Shown here: one piece after another, positions 24,897-38,413 of the stretch
Position numbering within the stretch: position 1 is the stretch's first letter
Layout: each line of letters starts with the position of its first letter
Assembly: GCA_021432655.1 (NCBI GenBank)
Contig: MU271495.1
Location: forward strand, 1 to 52,975
Direction of reading: 5' to 3'
Length of the DNA: 52,975 nucleotides
Origin: Atractiella rhizophila
Taxonomy: Eukaryota
The notes under the pieces: model-generated
What the model saw: the letters and a program-made list of their open reading frames with translations, nothing else
Told to the model about the DNA's origin: nothing
The model's database searches: none
Program-made: the position numbers and the translations under genes

Positions 24897-26682
24897 ATGC
24901 TCTTCAAGAATTTTCTCGCTTTCGCTGCCCTCAGCTCGGCAGTTTGCAGCGCCAGCGCTGGCCACTCTAGCTTCAGCAAGAACTCGAGACGTGGACTGGT
25001 CCACAGGAGACAGAACACTTTGGAGAACGCTACTATCGCCGATTGGCTCAGCGCCAACGTCACGGAAGCCACGACTGGAGGATTCCAATTCACCTCTGTG
25101 CGTCGTCTTATCCTGCCAATTTCTCTTCTGCAATCTAAGACGTTTTTCATATGTTTATCTGTCTTATCTTTCATCCGAATTTTCGTATTCATTTCTGACT
25201 ATTTTGATCAAACAGCCCGCTCCTATCGTCGAGGACCCTAAGAACTCGACCACTACCCCTTCGAACCCCAAATCGTCCAAGGGACCCAAGAAGCCGAAGA
25301 AAAAGAACCCCAAGACGTCCAGCTTGAACTCCACCGTCACCGATTCTGCTTCTACCTCTGCGACGACGACGAAGAGCGTTTGCCCAACGAAAACCTCCAA
25401 GTCTAAACCCACCGGGCTTGCCATCTCCCTCGCCCTCTCCTCCTCTGCCCCCGAAGCCACGAAGACGAAGACGAGCTCCGCTACAGCTAATGCCACGACC
25501 TCATCGGAGTCTGAAGCTCCAACGGCGACCTCATCCTCTGGAAAGCTGTCGAAGGACTATTTCTTCGGCGTTAACTCTTACTACCTTTACTCCATTGAGC
25601 AGTCCGACCGTATCCAGATCTTGGATGAACTCAAAGACCTTGGTGCCACCACCCTCCGCATTTTCATCACCTCGATCTATGCCGGAAACAAGGGATCGAA
25701 CAATCAAGCCGCCAACGACGTCGAGCACAACGGTGTTGGCAAATACGACGACCACATTCTTGTGATGGTTGATAAGCTCATGGTCGAGGCGTCTGCTAGG
25801 GGAATAAAGCTCATTATTGCCCTCGGCGATCGGTTCGTGTTTGACTTTTGTTCCTCCAGCAAATCAATTGAGACGGGATGATACAGCTATGCTCTGGGAT
25901 TCTGGTCGACTGATTCGTACGCAACCAAGTACGGTATCGTCTCTCCTGGATCTTCTGGAGACCAGAGGGTGGCGGACGCGAGCCCTTTCTACACGTCGAA
26001 GAGTGCCATCAACAGCTACGACGCGCGCATCGAACACATCCTTTCTCACCAGAACGAGCTGATGGGCAACAAGCCCTGGTCTGAGCTCTCAGAGGCTATC
26101 TTCGCTTTCGAACCCCAGAACGAGCCCATGGGACACATGGACCAAGTCAGCACAGACTGGGTTTGCGATAGGGCGAAGACGATCAAGAAGTTGTCCAACA
26201 TCCCTGTTACCACCGGGGGCGGAATTACCACCCAGCTTTCGCTTGGGGATTGGGCTTTCAACTGCGATGCGTTCGATATCGTCAGTGTGCACGACTATGG
26301 AACTGATGTTGATAGCACCGTTTCTGCTCTCAAGGCTGGACAACAGAGGGCCTTCAAGGCCGGCAAGATCTTGCTCTTTGAGGAGTGGGGTGCGATGGGA
26401 GGCAACAAGGCAGGAACGATTGAGTCTTTCGCCACAAAACTCAAGGCGAACGACATCCCGTTCATGTATTGGGAGGTCACTAAACCCGGAAAGGGAGCTG
26501 CTGACTTTGAGGTGCGTTTATTTACCCGCCTATAATAACCAACACTGACATGGTATTGTTTTCAGGTTTGGACAAGCGAGGATTCGTGGTGGAAGCTCAA
26601 GGAAGGTGCTGCTGACAAGAAGTCGAAGCGACGGATGGAACGACGATCTGTCCGCCACCGTCCTTCCAGGGCCGCCCACTGA
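24897..26682 (+). CDS. Secreted glycoside hydrolase family 5 (mannanase-like) with Ser/Thr-rich N-terminal region
   Basis: Signal peptide; FGVNSYYL, LRIF, GIKLIIAL, IFAFEPQNEP (acid/base Glu), VSVHDYG and LFEEWG (nucleophile Glu); three introns. Confidence 0.9.
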
Positions 26683-27442
26683 ATTCGGTCTCCTCTCGAG
26701 CCACATAAACTGAATCACATACCCTCTTTCATACATCCACTCGTTGGACGACTTTACCATTCTTTTCCTTCGACTCGTTGATTTGTCAACCCCAATTCTC
26801 TTTTCTTTCTTTCGATCGATTCGAATCGAATACCAAAGGCTAGGGACCTTCGCTGCGATTGTAGGATGCCAGACAAATCACTTCAAATCGACTTTTGATC
26901 ACATTCACGAATACGAAACCACGATCCTCTTTCCAACTTTTTTCCTTCGTTCGACCATGCAAGAGAACCAATCAAATTGTCTCAGACGCCAAAGGAGCAT
27001 TACTGTTGTTGTTTTCCACCATTATTTTATCTTTCGCAATCAGTTGGCAGACTAGACAATGGGATGGCGCAGGATGAGCGGGATGGGAAGCAGGAAGGAG
27101 TTGGACTGGAATTTTGGAGGTCGTTGGTCTGACGTGCTGTGCTGGCAGGAGATGCTGGTGCTGATCAGTCGCAGATTACTTATTGGGATAAGGATGTTGC
27201 GTCGACTCGCCTTTTGCTTTGCAATGCATGCAGACAGTTTTGTGCGAGCACACACTCGCACCCCCTTTCTTAAATTTCCGTCCCCAGTCGTTTGTGGATA
27301 TACTCGTTCATGGCCTGAAACACCTCTCACCATTCCGACATGGAGGAATAATGTAATGTTTTTAGGTTCCGAGACAAAGGTACGAGTATGTACTTGAGTT
27401 CGATATCGAAATTGTAAAGCGACCAAGCAGACCAAGGCGAAA

Positions 27443-29516
27443 ATGTCGTACTCAGCCGTGCCTCGCGAGGATCCCATAGACACGCTTGGAGATGAGGATG
27501 AACAGGAAGAGGGCTCTCCTCTCTTGGGGAAGAGTACTGGCAGCTTGAAGGAGATAGGGACAGCGGGTTTCACGAGCTCGATAGCAAACTTGTGTAATAC
27601 CATCCTTGGTCCGTTTTCTTTCTGTCTAGTAGAATTCCAGTTGTAACGATTGGGATGAGAAGGCACGGGAATGCTTGCTATGTAAGGGTGCTCGTTGGAA
27701 GTTCAGAATATCTCCTCTCACAAAGTGCTTCCTTTGCAGGCCACATGCAATTGCGTCCGTAGGCATCATTCCTGGAGCTCTCACTGTAGTCTTTTCCGGC
27801 TTCACAGCAAGTCTGGGACTTTACCTTCTGGCTCGCTCAGCCCAAACAACGAAGAGCCGACACACCTCCTTTTCCCTCCTCTCCAAACTCACCTTCCCCT
27901 CCCTTGGCGTCTTCTTCGATATTGCTATCGCACTCAAATGTTTCGGAGTGTCAATTTCATACCTAATCATTATTGGAGGACTGTGAGTGTTCCATTTCCT
28001 TTGCATATCTTAGCTGGTTGTGCTAAAACAAAGGGCAATGTCGTTGGACTTTGCCAGGATGCCTCAGGTCGTTCTCAGTTTCACTCCTTCTGGTTCAAAG
28101 CCGCCTATCGAACTCCTTGACAGGAGACTATGGATTGTATTGGCAATGCTCATTCTCGTTCCACTGGCATTCCTGTAAGCACCATATTTCAACTCTCTGA
28201 CGGCCCGATTGACCTACATTTCCACCAGACGAAAACTGGACTCTCTTCGGCATACCTCATACATTGCACTTATCGCCGTGCTAGATCTGGTACATTGTTT
28301 GCACTCTAATCTTTGACTCTGCTAATAAGAGTTAGATCATCGTCGTGGTTCTCAAATACCTGAAACCCACTGGAATACCACCGCCACAAGGTATTGAACT
28401 CGTTCGCCTCACGCCGGACTTCTTCCGCTCATTACCAGTCTACGTCTTCGCTTACACGTGCAGTCAGAACATCTTTAGCGTCCATAATGAGCTGTTTGAC
28501 GTGAGCCTCCTTTCTTTCGTGATACCAAAGAACAGTTGCTGAACTGGCTGCTTTGTGGAGTAGAACACTCAAAGACGAATGAACATTGTCATTGGCACCA
28601 GTTTGGGATCCGCAACAATAATCTACCTCCTCATCGGCATCTTGGGATACCTTACCTTCGGCGCTGATATAGGAAGTAACATCATGGAGATGTACCCGTC
28701 CTCTCCCTTCGTCTCCATCTGTCGCGTCGCCATCGTCATTCTCGTTCTCTTCTCCTATCCTCTCCAGGTCCATCCGTGCCGTGGAGCGTTGGACAAGGCA
28801 GTAGGGTTCTTCACCAAGAAGGATCCATCAAACGAAATGGCCACACCCGAATTCGTTGGGCTCACCAGTTTCATTCTCGTGGGAACGTTCATGATCGCAA
28901 TCGTGGTCGAAAGGCTCGACCTGGTACTGGGATTCGTCGGCGCAACCGGGAGCACGACTATCAGCTTCATTTTACCTAGTGCGTTCATAATTTCTCCACC
29001 TTACGAAATGTTCTTCTTCGTATTCCTTGAAATTGAACAGGTTGTCCGGGGAGACGGTCGTCCCATGTCCAACCCTGAGACGCTTCTCCCCATTTTAATG
29101 GGCCATTTTCCTATCTACGCTTCTTTTATGACAACAACATCACCACTCGTCATAATTTGATTTCCCCCGCAGTTTGATTGGACCTTAGTCCTCCTCGCTT
29201 GACTGGCCATGAGATCTCGTCATGAGAGAGGGGCAAGGGCGGAAGACAGCTCCTTCCTGATGGCTTCTACATCTTGAATTTTGAATAGTCGAAGCCGAAC
29301 GCTTGTTCACTCGTTGTGTACAGGCGCCTTTTTCATCTCTCTCTTTCGACATTCCGATAAGAAATCGGACAGGGTTCTGGTGCTGGCTGCAGCAGTATTA
29401 TTTGTTTATGGTGAGCATTGTTCCATGCATGTTCGCGTTCTTCTGTGACGATTCTTGCAGGTTGGACGGTGATGTTCCTTGCTCTCAGCCAACTAGCGAC
29501 TTCGTCTACACATTAG
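27443..29516 (+). CDS. Vacuolar amino-acid transporter (AVT/SLC38, Aa_trans)
   Basis: SSIANLCNTILGTGMLAMPHAIA, AIALKCFGVSISYLIII, LDSLRHTSYIAL, FAYTCSQN, FSYPLQVHPCR and VLGFVGATGSTTISFILP; N-terminal acidic dileucine EEGSPLL. Confidence 0.92.
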
Positions 29517-30377
29517 GTGAGCTGGTTGTCGCTCAAACACGCCTAACAAGACTGAACTGCCGTCAAAGATGTGGTGTGAATTAGAAACGTGGACGGAGGT
29601 CTGGAAATGTATGTTATGCTTTTAGAGGGATAAACACGGACGTGACTGTCCTCAAATTCCTTTCATCGCATCGGTTGTTATTTCAGCTGCGCGTCTACCT
29701 TCGCTTCTCAATCGCGAGCGAAACTAAGGTGTCCCGAATCATGGGTAATAGAGGAGCTGATCCTCTTCGGAGTGCACAACTCCTTACCCTCTACCTTCGA
29801 TCACTCCTCAGTTTCCCTTGCAAACACAAACAGAGGTGCAGCTTGTATGTAAACAGTCAGGCAGCACAAAAAGTTGCACGGCATTTTGCTCTTTCCCGTC
29901 GCCCGGCAGTTCGCCATTGTCTGAATCCGAAATTGGACCACCGAGGACGATCGCAATCCTTATCGCCCCATCTTCGCCCTAAAATCTTCCACGAGCCTCC
30001 GCACGTTGCCACGGCTTTGGTCTGCTTGCTCCTATGAATAAAAAGGGAGGTTGTACCCGACGAGCAAGCCTTCATGTACTCAAGGCGTTCGATCCATTCA
30101 TTTCACACAAGGACTTCGAACAATTCGAGCGGCATCGACACCGACCATTCAGAAGTTTCACTCAATCCAGGCGGACCTCGCTGTGCTGTGGACTGGCATG
30201 AATGAATGTCTATTTCGCTTTTAAAGGAACCACTGTCATTTCTCAAGACTCCCCAGACACCATAAATTGAGTGCACATCTTGAAAGATGAGCGTTTACTT
30301 CAACTCGGACGGAACGTTGAAAGTAGAACTGGTGGTTGGTGAGTTTAGCGGCCTTCGGATTAATGCCTTGAGCTAAT

Positions 30378-31835
30378 ATGTTGCTTGAAGGGCCTGTTTT
30401 GGTGGGATGCAGTGAGTCTCGTATGACACAAAAGGTTGCAACGAAGGCGTGACTTCTGGGGACAGTGCTTGGGTCATTTCTGGCAGGAACGGTTCTGGTG
30501 CAGGCCGCCACCTTTTTCAATCGTTTCCCAAAAGTGGGCACTCGCTGTCTCGCTGGTCTCGCGCTAAGACCCTCACAGGAACGATGGCTGCTGACTGTCT
30601 TAGTGGCTTGCCTCTCGGTGCTGTCCTTGGCCAATTGGATTGCTGATATTCCCCTCGTGAGCCTGTGCTGCCACACCGTTGAAGGGATGGCTTACGAGGC
30701 TGCCACAGCTGTGGCACTACACACTCGACTTTCGTGATCCTCATCAAAGTTTCGGACTGTTGCAGCCTCCTCTACAGCAGCGTTTTCAATATATTTCCCC
30801 AACCTTTGCCGCCGTGGGTTTTCAAAGCTTAACTTCCTTGATGCTCTAACATCACACATAGTTCCTGAGCCATGTCTACTTTTTCGACCGGTATGACATA
30901 TAGACTGACAACAATATAACCCTGTTGACTATTTGCTCTAGTTGCTGGCGATTTCTTGGCCGACGAATCATACCAGGAATTATTATGGGCGTGTTTTGCC
31001 TTTTGGCACTAGCGTTTGGCCTAGCCAGCTTCGCTACTGTAGGGACAAACAATGATCTTGCCAACCAAAGCAAACATGACAGAGAACTTGGTACTTTGCT
31101 AACTCAACTGTGGCTCTGGTGAGTTCTGGTTTCTTCGCTGCATATACTTCATTCTAACCACCGCATCAGGTTCACAGCATCCGCTGATCTCTTGATCGCG
31201 TCAATTCTCGTATGGTCGGTTTTGCACTTCTTCGATGGTGGATGGGACTGACATGAACTTCCACAGGAGTTTGGCGTCACAAAGAACTGGTGTTTACGAG
31301 AAAACAGATCGTATACTTGTGAAAGGTCGGAATATTTCACTCGCGCTCTGTCCTTCACTCAACAATTCATTGGGTAGTCATTCGAGTCGTCCTCACCACA
31401 TCTCTCTTTACGACCATTCTAACGATTACCGATTCCATTCTTCTCGTTGCCTCCGACCTTTTCATATACCACATCAGCTTTTTCCTTCTCCTCCCTCACG
31501 CTTATGCGATAAGCGTAGTCTACACGCTGAATGCACGAATGAAGATCAAGTTCGAGCTGGGATCATCAGGCTCTGTGACTACTGGGCAGATTCGAACCCA
31601 ACCATCATCCAAGGCAGAACTTCCTTTCCCCTTACGACGATTGCAAGGCTCAGCAGGCTCGAACTCACACAAAGCTGATCGCAATAAAACGTGGCAGACA
31701 ACAGAGGAAATTCATGTCACTGTCAACAGGATGGCGGATGAGGAGGAGGAAGGGTTTGGGAAGGTTGGTGTCTGCTCTCTCTTCGGTGCTGTTTACTTAA
31801 TTGATTCATCCAGCCTGCCTGAACTTCAGGTTTGA
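30378..31835 (+). CDS. Multi-pass basidiomycete membrane protein (DUF6534/GPCR-like), boundaries approximate
   Basis: Hydrophobic exons LGSFLAGTVLVQAATFFNRFPK, WLLTVLVACLSVLSL, WRFLGRRIIPGIIMGVFCLLALAFG and ASADLLIASILVW, then a polar tail with EIHVTV. Confidence 0.55.
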
Positions 31836-32087
31836 CCAGGCGATTAGAAGATGATATCCATGACACGTTGTACATATCCACAGAGCATCAGGTATATCTT
31901 ACTTATCACAGCAACCTTCCGTGTTCTCGTTTTGTTATTATATGGGTTATTTTTCTGCGACTCCTCTACTCTCTGTCGTTTGTCATTGCTTCAAAATTTC
32001 AATGATCATTACTATCACAACCGACGACAGTGACATTATAATTACTTAAACGAACAAGTCTAACTTGTGTAGTAAACCGACCGAACT

Positions 32088-33940
32088 CTACTTCTCCTTT
32101 TCTACAGGAGTGCTCATTCCACTTTTCCCTCCCTTTTCCTTCTTTCCAGCTTTCTTCTTATTCTTCATTGCCGCGGCACTGGCGGCAACCAAATTCTCCA
32201 TCTCCCTCCTCTCTTCGTCGGTTTCATCAGCCTTGATACCCTTGAATATCGAACCAATATAGAGGATTGCTTTGGCTCGGTTAATCATGGTGACATCCGT
32301 GACTCCAGGTTCGCGAGTTAGGACTCGACCAACGACTTCTTTGAGCACGTTCGAAACTTCGAAGCTTGTTCCCCTCCAGGTTACCAGAAGCATCTTTGTT
32401 CAAAATCAGCGGTCTGCGCGATATCTTAAGCGAAGCAACCCACCTTCCCGCTGAGGTCGGCTTCAAGATTCTTCAATTCGTCTTCATCGAGTTCGCCCCG
32501 CTCTTGCCTCCTCATCATATCCTCCATTGCGTTCTGAACATCCATGGTTGTGGCAAGGAACGACCATCCTTCCTTCACTGTGTTTTTCACTAGAAAAGAG
32601 AGTTTAATGATGTTGACGAGGATGAGCAGGAGTAGCACACCTTCCTTTACGCGCTGAAAGAAACCAGGAATGCCCAGGAAGTTGGCGAAGAACTTTCCGC
32701 CAGCCGAAGGGTTCAAAGCACCTTTCAGTTTCAAATACGCTGTAGCCTTCGAGACATAGACACTGCCGATCAGTTGAAGAATTTCCACACCAAAGGACTC
32801 GAGCTTCAAATCCTCCGCCTCCTCTCTTATCCTCTTCCCAAAGCTAATCGTCTCTGGATCATCCGCTTCTCCAGGTTTGCTCGCCTCGACGAAAGGACGA
32901 ATACGGTCGCGCAATTTATTCTCCAACTTCTTGATCCTCAAATCATGTTCTTCTCTCCTTTCCCGCTCAAATTTCTCCATTTCAGCCCGTTGCTCAGGTG
33001 TCAGTTTTGGTCGTCCTTTCTTCGAAGCCTTTGAGTCAGCTGCAGCGACTTGATCTGTTGGCTTCTCCCCATCCGTGGTCGTTGGAGCGGACGTAGGGTT
33101 GGGTGTCGGTGGGCCGGTTGATGCCTCAGCTGAGGGTTTCGCATCTGTCGAGGATTTCTCGGACTTGGAAGCGGGTGCAGTCCCGTGTGCAGTCACGTGT
33201 GGTTGTGCTGAGGTTGTTGCAGCGGGGGTAGAGGATCCGGGAGGAGTGTTGGTGTGTTCAAGCGAGGGAGAAGGGCCAGATGAAGAAGCGCCGCCCATCT
33301 CTTTCCGTAGTTCCGCTTTTTCTTCTTCCGTAAGCGAGATATCCATAGCTTTCGAAAAGTCTTTCCCTGCGGCCATACTCAGCCTTGCATTCCAAGGTTC
33401 GGCGCTGATTTGGCGTACCGAGGGAGATCTCTCCAATCCAATCGTCAAATTTTTCGCCTCTAATTCGTTATAAACTTTCGTCACACAAAGAGCCGAAAAG
33501 GCATACCCAAAGAGCATGGAAAACAATTTGCCAGGATCCTGAAATCCTCCTTCAGGGCTGATCTGTGCCTCTTTCCTGCCATATCGATCATACGCAGCTC
33601 TAGCTTGTGGTTCACTTAGAACCTATCGGCATGATTTCATGAACGAGATCCTAAGTGGAGGAATGAGGTAAGAACCTGATACGCTTCGCCAATCTCCCTA
33701 AACTTATCTCCTCCTTCTGGATTTTTATCTGGATGATACTTGATCGCAAGCTTCCGATATGCCTTCTTGAGCTCAAGATCCGTTGCATAAGCTGGGACCT
33801 CAAGCGTATCGTAGTAGAACATATCGATAACCTTGATGCCATCGACATTTTGGGTACGATCTATTCATCATTGAATAGGCAGCCTATGGATGCAGATGCC
33901 ACTCACCACGTCCCTCCTTCTGTACAGGTGTTTCTGTCAT
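32088..33940 (-). CDS. DnaJ (J-domain + DnaJ-X) co-chaperone, Caj1/Djp1 type
   Basis: [37 protein letters not shown] (HPD motif), [17 protein letters not shown] and [25 protein letters not shown]. Confidence 0.92.
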
Positions 33941-34674
33941 GATGAGTTCTTATGTGAGTACAATGATCTGAGAGAACAGTCGTCAGTTATCTGTACGGAT
34001 TTGGTTGAGCGATGTCATGATTTTCCCTGAGTGGTCAAGAATTGATTGATGCAGTTACATATTGGTACGCAATAAATCAACCACACAAACGGTCTTCCTA
34101 CTGCAGAAGACTGACAGATTGCAACGTTCCTTTTCGATGAGAACATCAATATGCGGCAGTCGCGACAATTAGAATGTAAGCAAGCTGGATGGGATGGCCA
34201 TGCTCTGGATCGAAACATGATATTCAAGTGCCTCTGGAGCGAGAGAAAGCAACACGGGATCCATGAAACCTATGAACTCCTGGATCCCAAAGCTTCGCTA
34301 ACAGTAATAGCGAACGAAAAGAAGGGAAGTACAAGCACACCCATATCCACACTTTTCGGATGCGAGCAATGGCTGCAGACCACCAGAGGTGGGGTTAATG
34401 AATCTTTTGCAAAGGGTCTCATGGCTCTTTCTTGGACCACTTTAGTCCACCGCCGAGCAAGGTATGATCCACAGCAAACTTGTCCCACACAGTACATCTC
34501 CCACAACGAGACCTAACAGACAAAGAATATACGCACCTTTGGTGAAATAATCGAGGGGATGTAACAAAATCTACTTCAATCTGCCATTCCAATCGCTCCT
34601 GCAGGGATGATGTCAGCTGATGAGCCGCCACACGTGACGCGTGATTTCTCCAACGCGTCCATGTCTCCATTTTT

Positions 34675-37600
34675 ATGAGTATGGCCCACACGGCGCCATC
34701 AGTGTCCTCTGTCCCCGCCTCGGCCGCTGGTGCTGGCTCTTCTTCGACGGCGCAGGCAAACGGGAATGGTCACGGGAAGAAGGCAGCCCTGGCGTCTGAG
34801 CCCCTGCTCATCTTCGATCAGTACAGCTTATACGAGACTCGATCCGTCTGCTTTTTCTTCTGGTTCATATCGAGTCGCACCGCTGATAGGTCGTATCAGA
34901 AATACTATGTGCTAGCCACCTCCACCCGATCCTCCCACTACCGTATCCTCAAAATCGACCGTTCCATCCCCTCTCCGCCTTCTCCTTCTCCACCACCGTC
35001 TTCATTTTCTGAGCCTGCACCGTTAGAATCTGCGAAAGTTCTTGAATCTGAAGGGGACAATGAAAACTGGAATTGGGACTGGGTACCAGAGCTCGATATC
35101 GTCGAGGATGCTGGAGTATATACAAAGGCTCAAGCGAGGGGAATTATAGCTTCTATCGAGGCTGCAAGCGGAGGGAAGTTGGTTAATCGTATACGCATGT
35201 TCTTCGGAATCGTCGGTATGTCCTTTTCTTTCTCTTTTTGGTCAGGAGCTGTGGGATAGGCTCTGAGGTGGTGCTATCGGTGGATAGGATTTGTGCGCTT
35301 CACGAGTGGATACTATATGATGTGTATAACTCGTTCAAGTCGAGTCGCAGTCATTGGGGGACATGAGATTCGTCACATCGATGGTGTAGAAGTGATTCAA
35401 CTAACAGACCACCACAAATCTGCAATCGAACAAAAGTGCATCTCCTCCTCCTTCTATCTCCCTCCACTCATCCCAAATCGCAGGATGTATGCCGCCTTCC
35501 TGCACAACGATTTAACAAAGAACCATTACTTCTCCTACACCTACGATCTCACCTGTACCCTCCAGAGGAACCTAACGACGAACAAATGGTGCGACATCGG
35601 TCCGAAAAGGAGCTGGGGCTTCGTCAAGTCCTTCGTGTGGAATCATCATATGCTCAAGAATGGATTCGGGAGCAGTAGACACACGGAAGGAAACCCGTGG
35701 GTCTTACCCGTCATTTATGGATTCGTGGATCAAGCGAGCAAGTCGTCTCGGCTTCCTCTTCTGACCTCGGCGAATGTTAATACTGGTTGAGCAGAACTAA
35801 GCGTGTTCGGAAAGAACGTATATGTCACCCTCATCGCCCGTCGTTCCCGATACTACGCGGGCGCACGGTTCCTCCGTCGTGGAGTCGATGCATGGGTATG
35901 CTATTCTCCCTGTCTCTTCCTCTACAATGGTCAATAAAGGAAACGTCTGCAGGGCCATGTAGCAAACTTCGTGGAGACGGAACAAATAGTTTCAGACCCT
36001 CTCCTTTCATCCTTCATCGTCCCCAATGCCCATGACCCTGTCTCGCCGGGATTTACTGCCCATGTGCAAGTTAGAGGCAGTATACCCGTGCAATGGAGTC
36101 GTGCGTTCCTTTTTCTCTTCTTCTCATACGTTTATTCATCAAGAAATATTTGCTTGGAGCAGAAGAGAACGCTAGCATGAACTTGAAACCACCTATCAGC
36201 CGTAAGTCTCTACTCCTGCGGAGGATGCACGAGACTGATGGATTGGTTCAACGGGAAGTCGGACACATCGATCCTTTCTACGTAGCGGCAGGGAGGCATT
36301 TCAATGACATTTTCGAGCGTTACGGCGCTCCAGTCATCATTTTAAACCTTGTCAAGGTATGTTCGCAATACTCTCCCAAGAGATTGTAAGCTGATGGAGG
36401 GAGGAAAGTCACACGAACGTCAGCCTCGAGAATCCAAGCTACTGAACGCATACACTTTCTGCGTCGAATACCTCAACCAGTTTCTCCCCCAAGTTGGAAA
36501 AATCGAGTACATCGCTTGGGATATCGCCGCTGCCAACAAAGCGTTCGTTTTCCTAACTTCACCTCCCACCTCGTATCTATCCCATTATGCTTTGCTAATG
36601 CGGCGGTATGGTAGAGGTGATGAAGACGTCATTGGCGTGATGGAGGATATTGCGCAAGAGACCCTTAGCAATACTGGATTCTTCCATTCGGGACCCGAAC
36701 CGAGGAGCAGATGGCTGGCCTCACACAAACAGAAAGGGTCCGTGCTTCCTTCTCCCTAATCTTAACGCCGAAGTTTGATTATGCGTTCCGTAATGATACA
36801 CAGTGGACCGCCGTATCGCGACACGATTCTGTTACAACGAGGTGTGGCACGTGTGAATTGCATAGACTGCATCGAGTGCGCGTTCCGTCAATTCTCCTTT
36901 CCCTGGTGTACGAGCCTTCGAGATGATACTGACAAATGATGCCATGAACAGCCGCACCAACTCGGCTTCTTTTATGATAGCCAAAGCTGCACTATGTCAC
37001 CAACTCTACGCATTAGGATACTTGCAGCGTCCCTTCCTCTCCTTCGATTGTGATACTATCAACATGTTTACCGAAGTGCGTTTGATGCATTTCCTCACTT
37101 AAGACAGCATGAATCAGAGTGGATGCACAGATGTACCATGATCTTGGAGACACCATTGCCCTTCAATACGGCGGTTCAAATCTCGTCAATCGCCTTGATG
37201 ATTACGATGTCAAAATCAGGGGTTGGACTAGCCATAGTAGGAATATGATCGAAGGCTTCAAAAGGTACTATGCCAACAGTTTCATCGGTAAGTCGACTGT
37301 CTTCCCTACCCTCAACAGCTCCTTAAGGTGATTTGGATGACAGATGCTGAGAAACAAGTCGCGATGGATCTGTTTTTGGGAGGTGTGTTCCTCTCTCCCT
37401 GACATGGAGCAAGCGGAGCTGAAGTGTGCTGAACAGTCACGCAGAGAGCAGCCGTCCGACCTGTTCCCACCCCTCCAAAGGCTGGTCACTATATGAACTG
37501 GTACGACAGTGAGTTCGTCCATCCGCATCTGACCATACCCCAAGGTACGTTGTCTACTTGTTCTTCTACTGAGACCACATCATGATTCGAATGGGGTAAA

Positions 37601-38413
37601 GCTGAGGCCAACATGCGAGAGAATGTTAAGAGGTTACATCTTGGCATTGAATCCCATCGAAAGTTCACACGGTTTCAAGAGATGTTCGAGCCCAACATGA
37701 ATTCTAGTTCAAAATACTGGAACGACAAGTACTTCCCTTTATTTCAACAATGTGCATTGGTTGACCACAGTATAGACGAGCGGAACGATCCGATCTCAGC
37801 CCTTTCAAATCGCGCAGATCGACACGCAAAGGACGGTTAGCGTTTTTTATTATCAGACCTGTATGTCGGCGACTAATATTGATACAGTGGAGGCAATCTG
37901 TTTGGAATGCCAGCTCTCCCTTGGGGCATGGTTGATGCCCCTCGAGCTTCCGCCGCCAAACCTCAACGACGGGCAACATCCGCCGCTCTGTCAAGAGAAC
38001 CTTCGAATCTTGACCTCTGGAAGGAGGTTCCGGTCTCCGACGTACCTGCGAATTTAGATGCTCCCCTGGTCGACAACCTGAGGAGATTTTTGAACCCCCG
38101 CCCATATCCAGAGGAGTTGGTGGAGTATGAAGAGTAGGTCATCGCATTTGAGACAATCAAGGGCTACAGGTTGATTTGTTGTCACAGTTACGTGAAATCT
38201 GTGACTGGCGATACGCTCCTGCTCTCTCTGGAGCTTAGCGAGATGGACACGCTCGTATATAGGCAGTCAGTCGCCGTGGGGAAGGGAGAGTTAGGATTAG
38301 ACGAGCGACCAATCGAGCCAAAATCTGAGGAAATTTATAGGGACTTTGTCAGACAGGCGAAGGACCCATCTGCCCCAAGCGTGTGGAAGGCGAGAGAGGG
38401 GAGGTTTCGATAA
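34675..38413 (+). CDS. FIG4: SAC-domain phosphoinositide 5-phosphatase Fig4
   Basis: [72 protein letters not shown], catalytic [12 protein letters not shown] and [16 protein letters not shown]. Confidence 0.92.
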
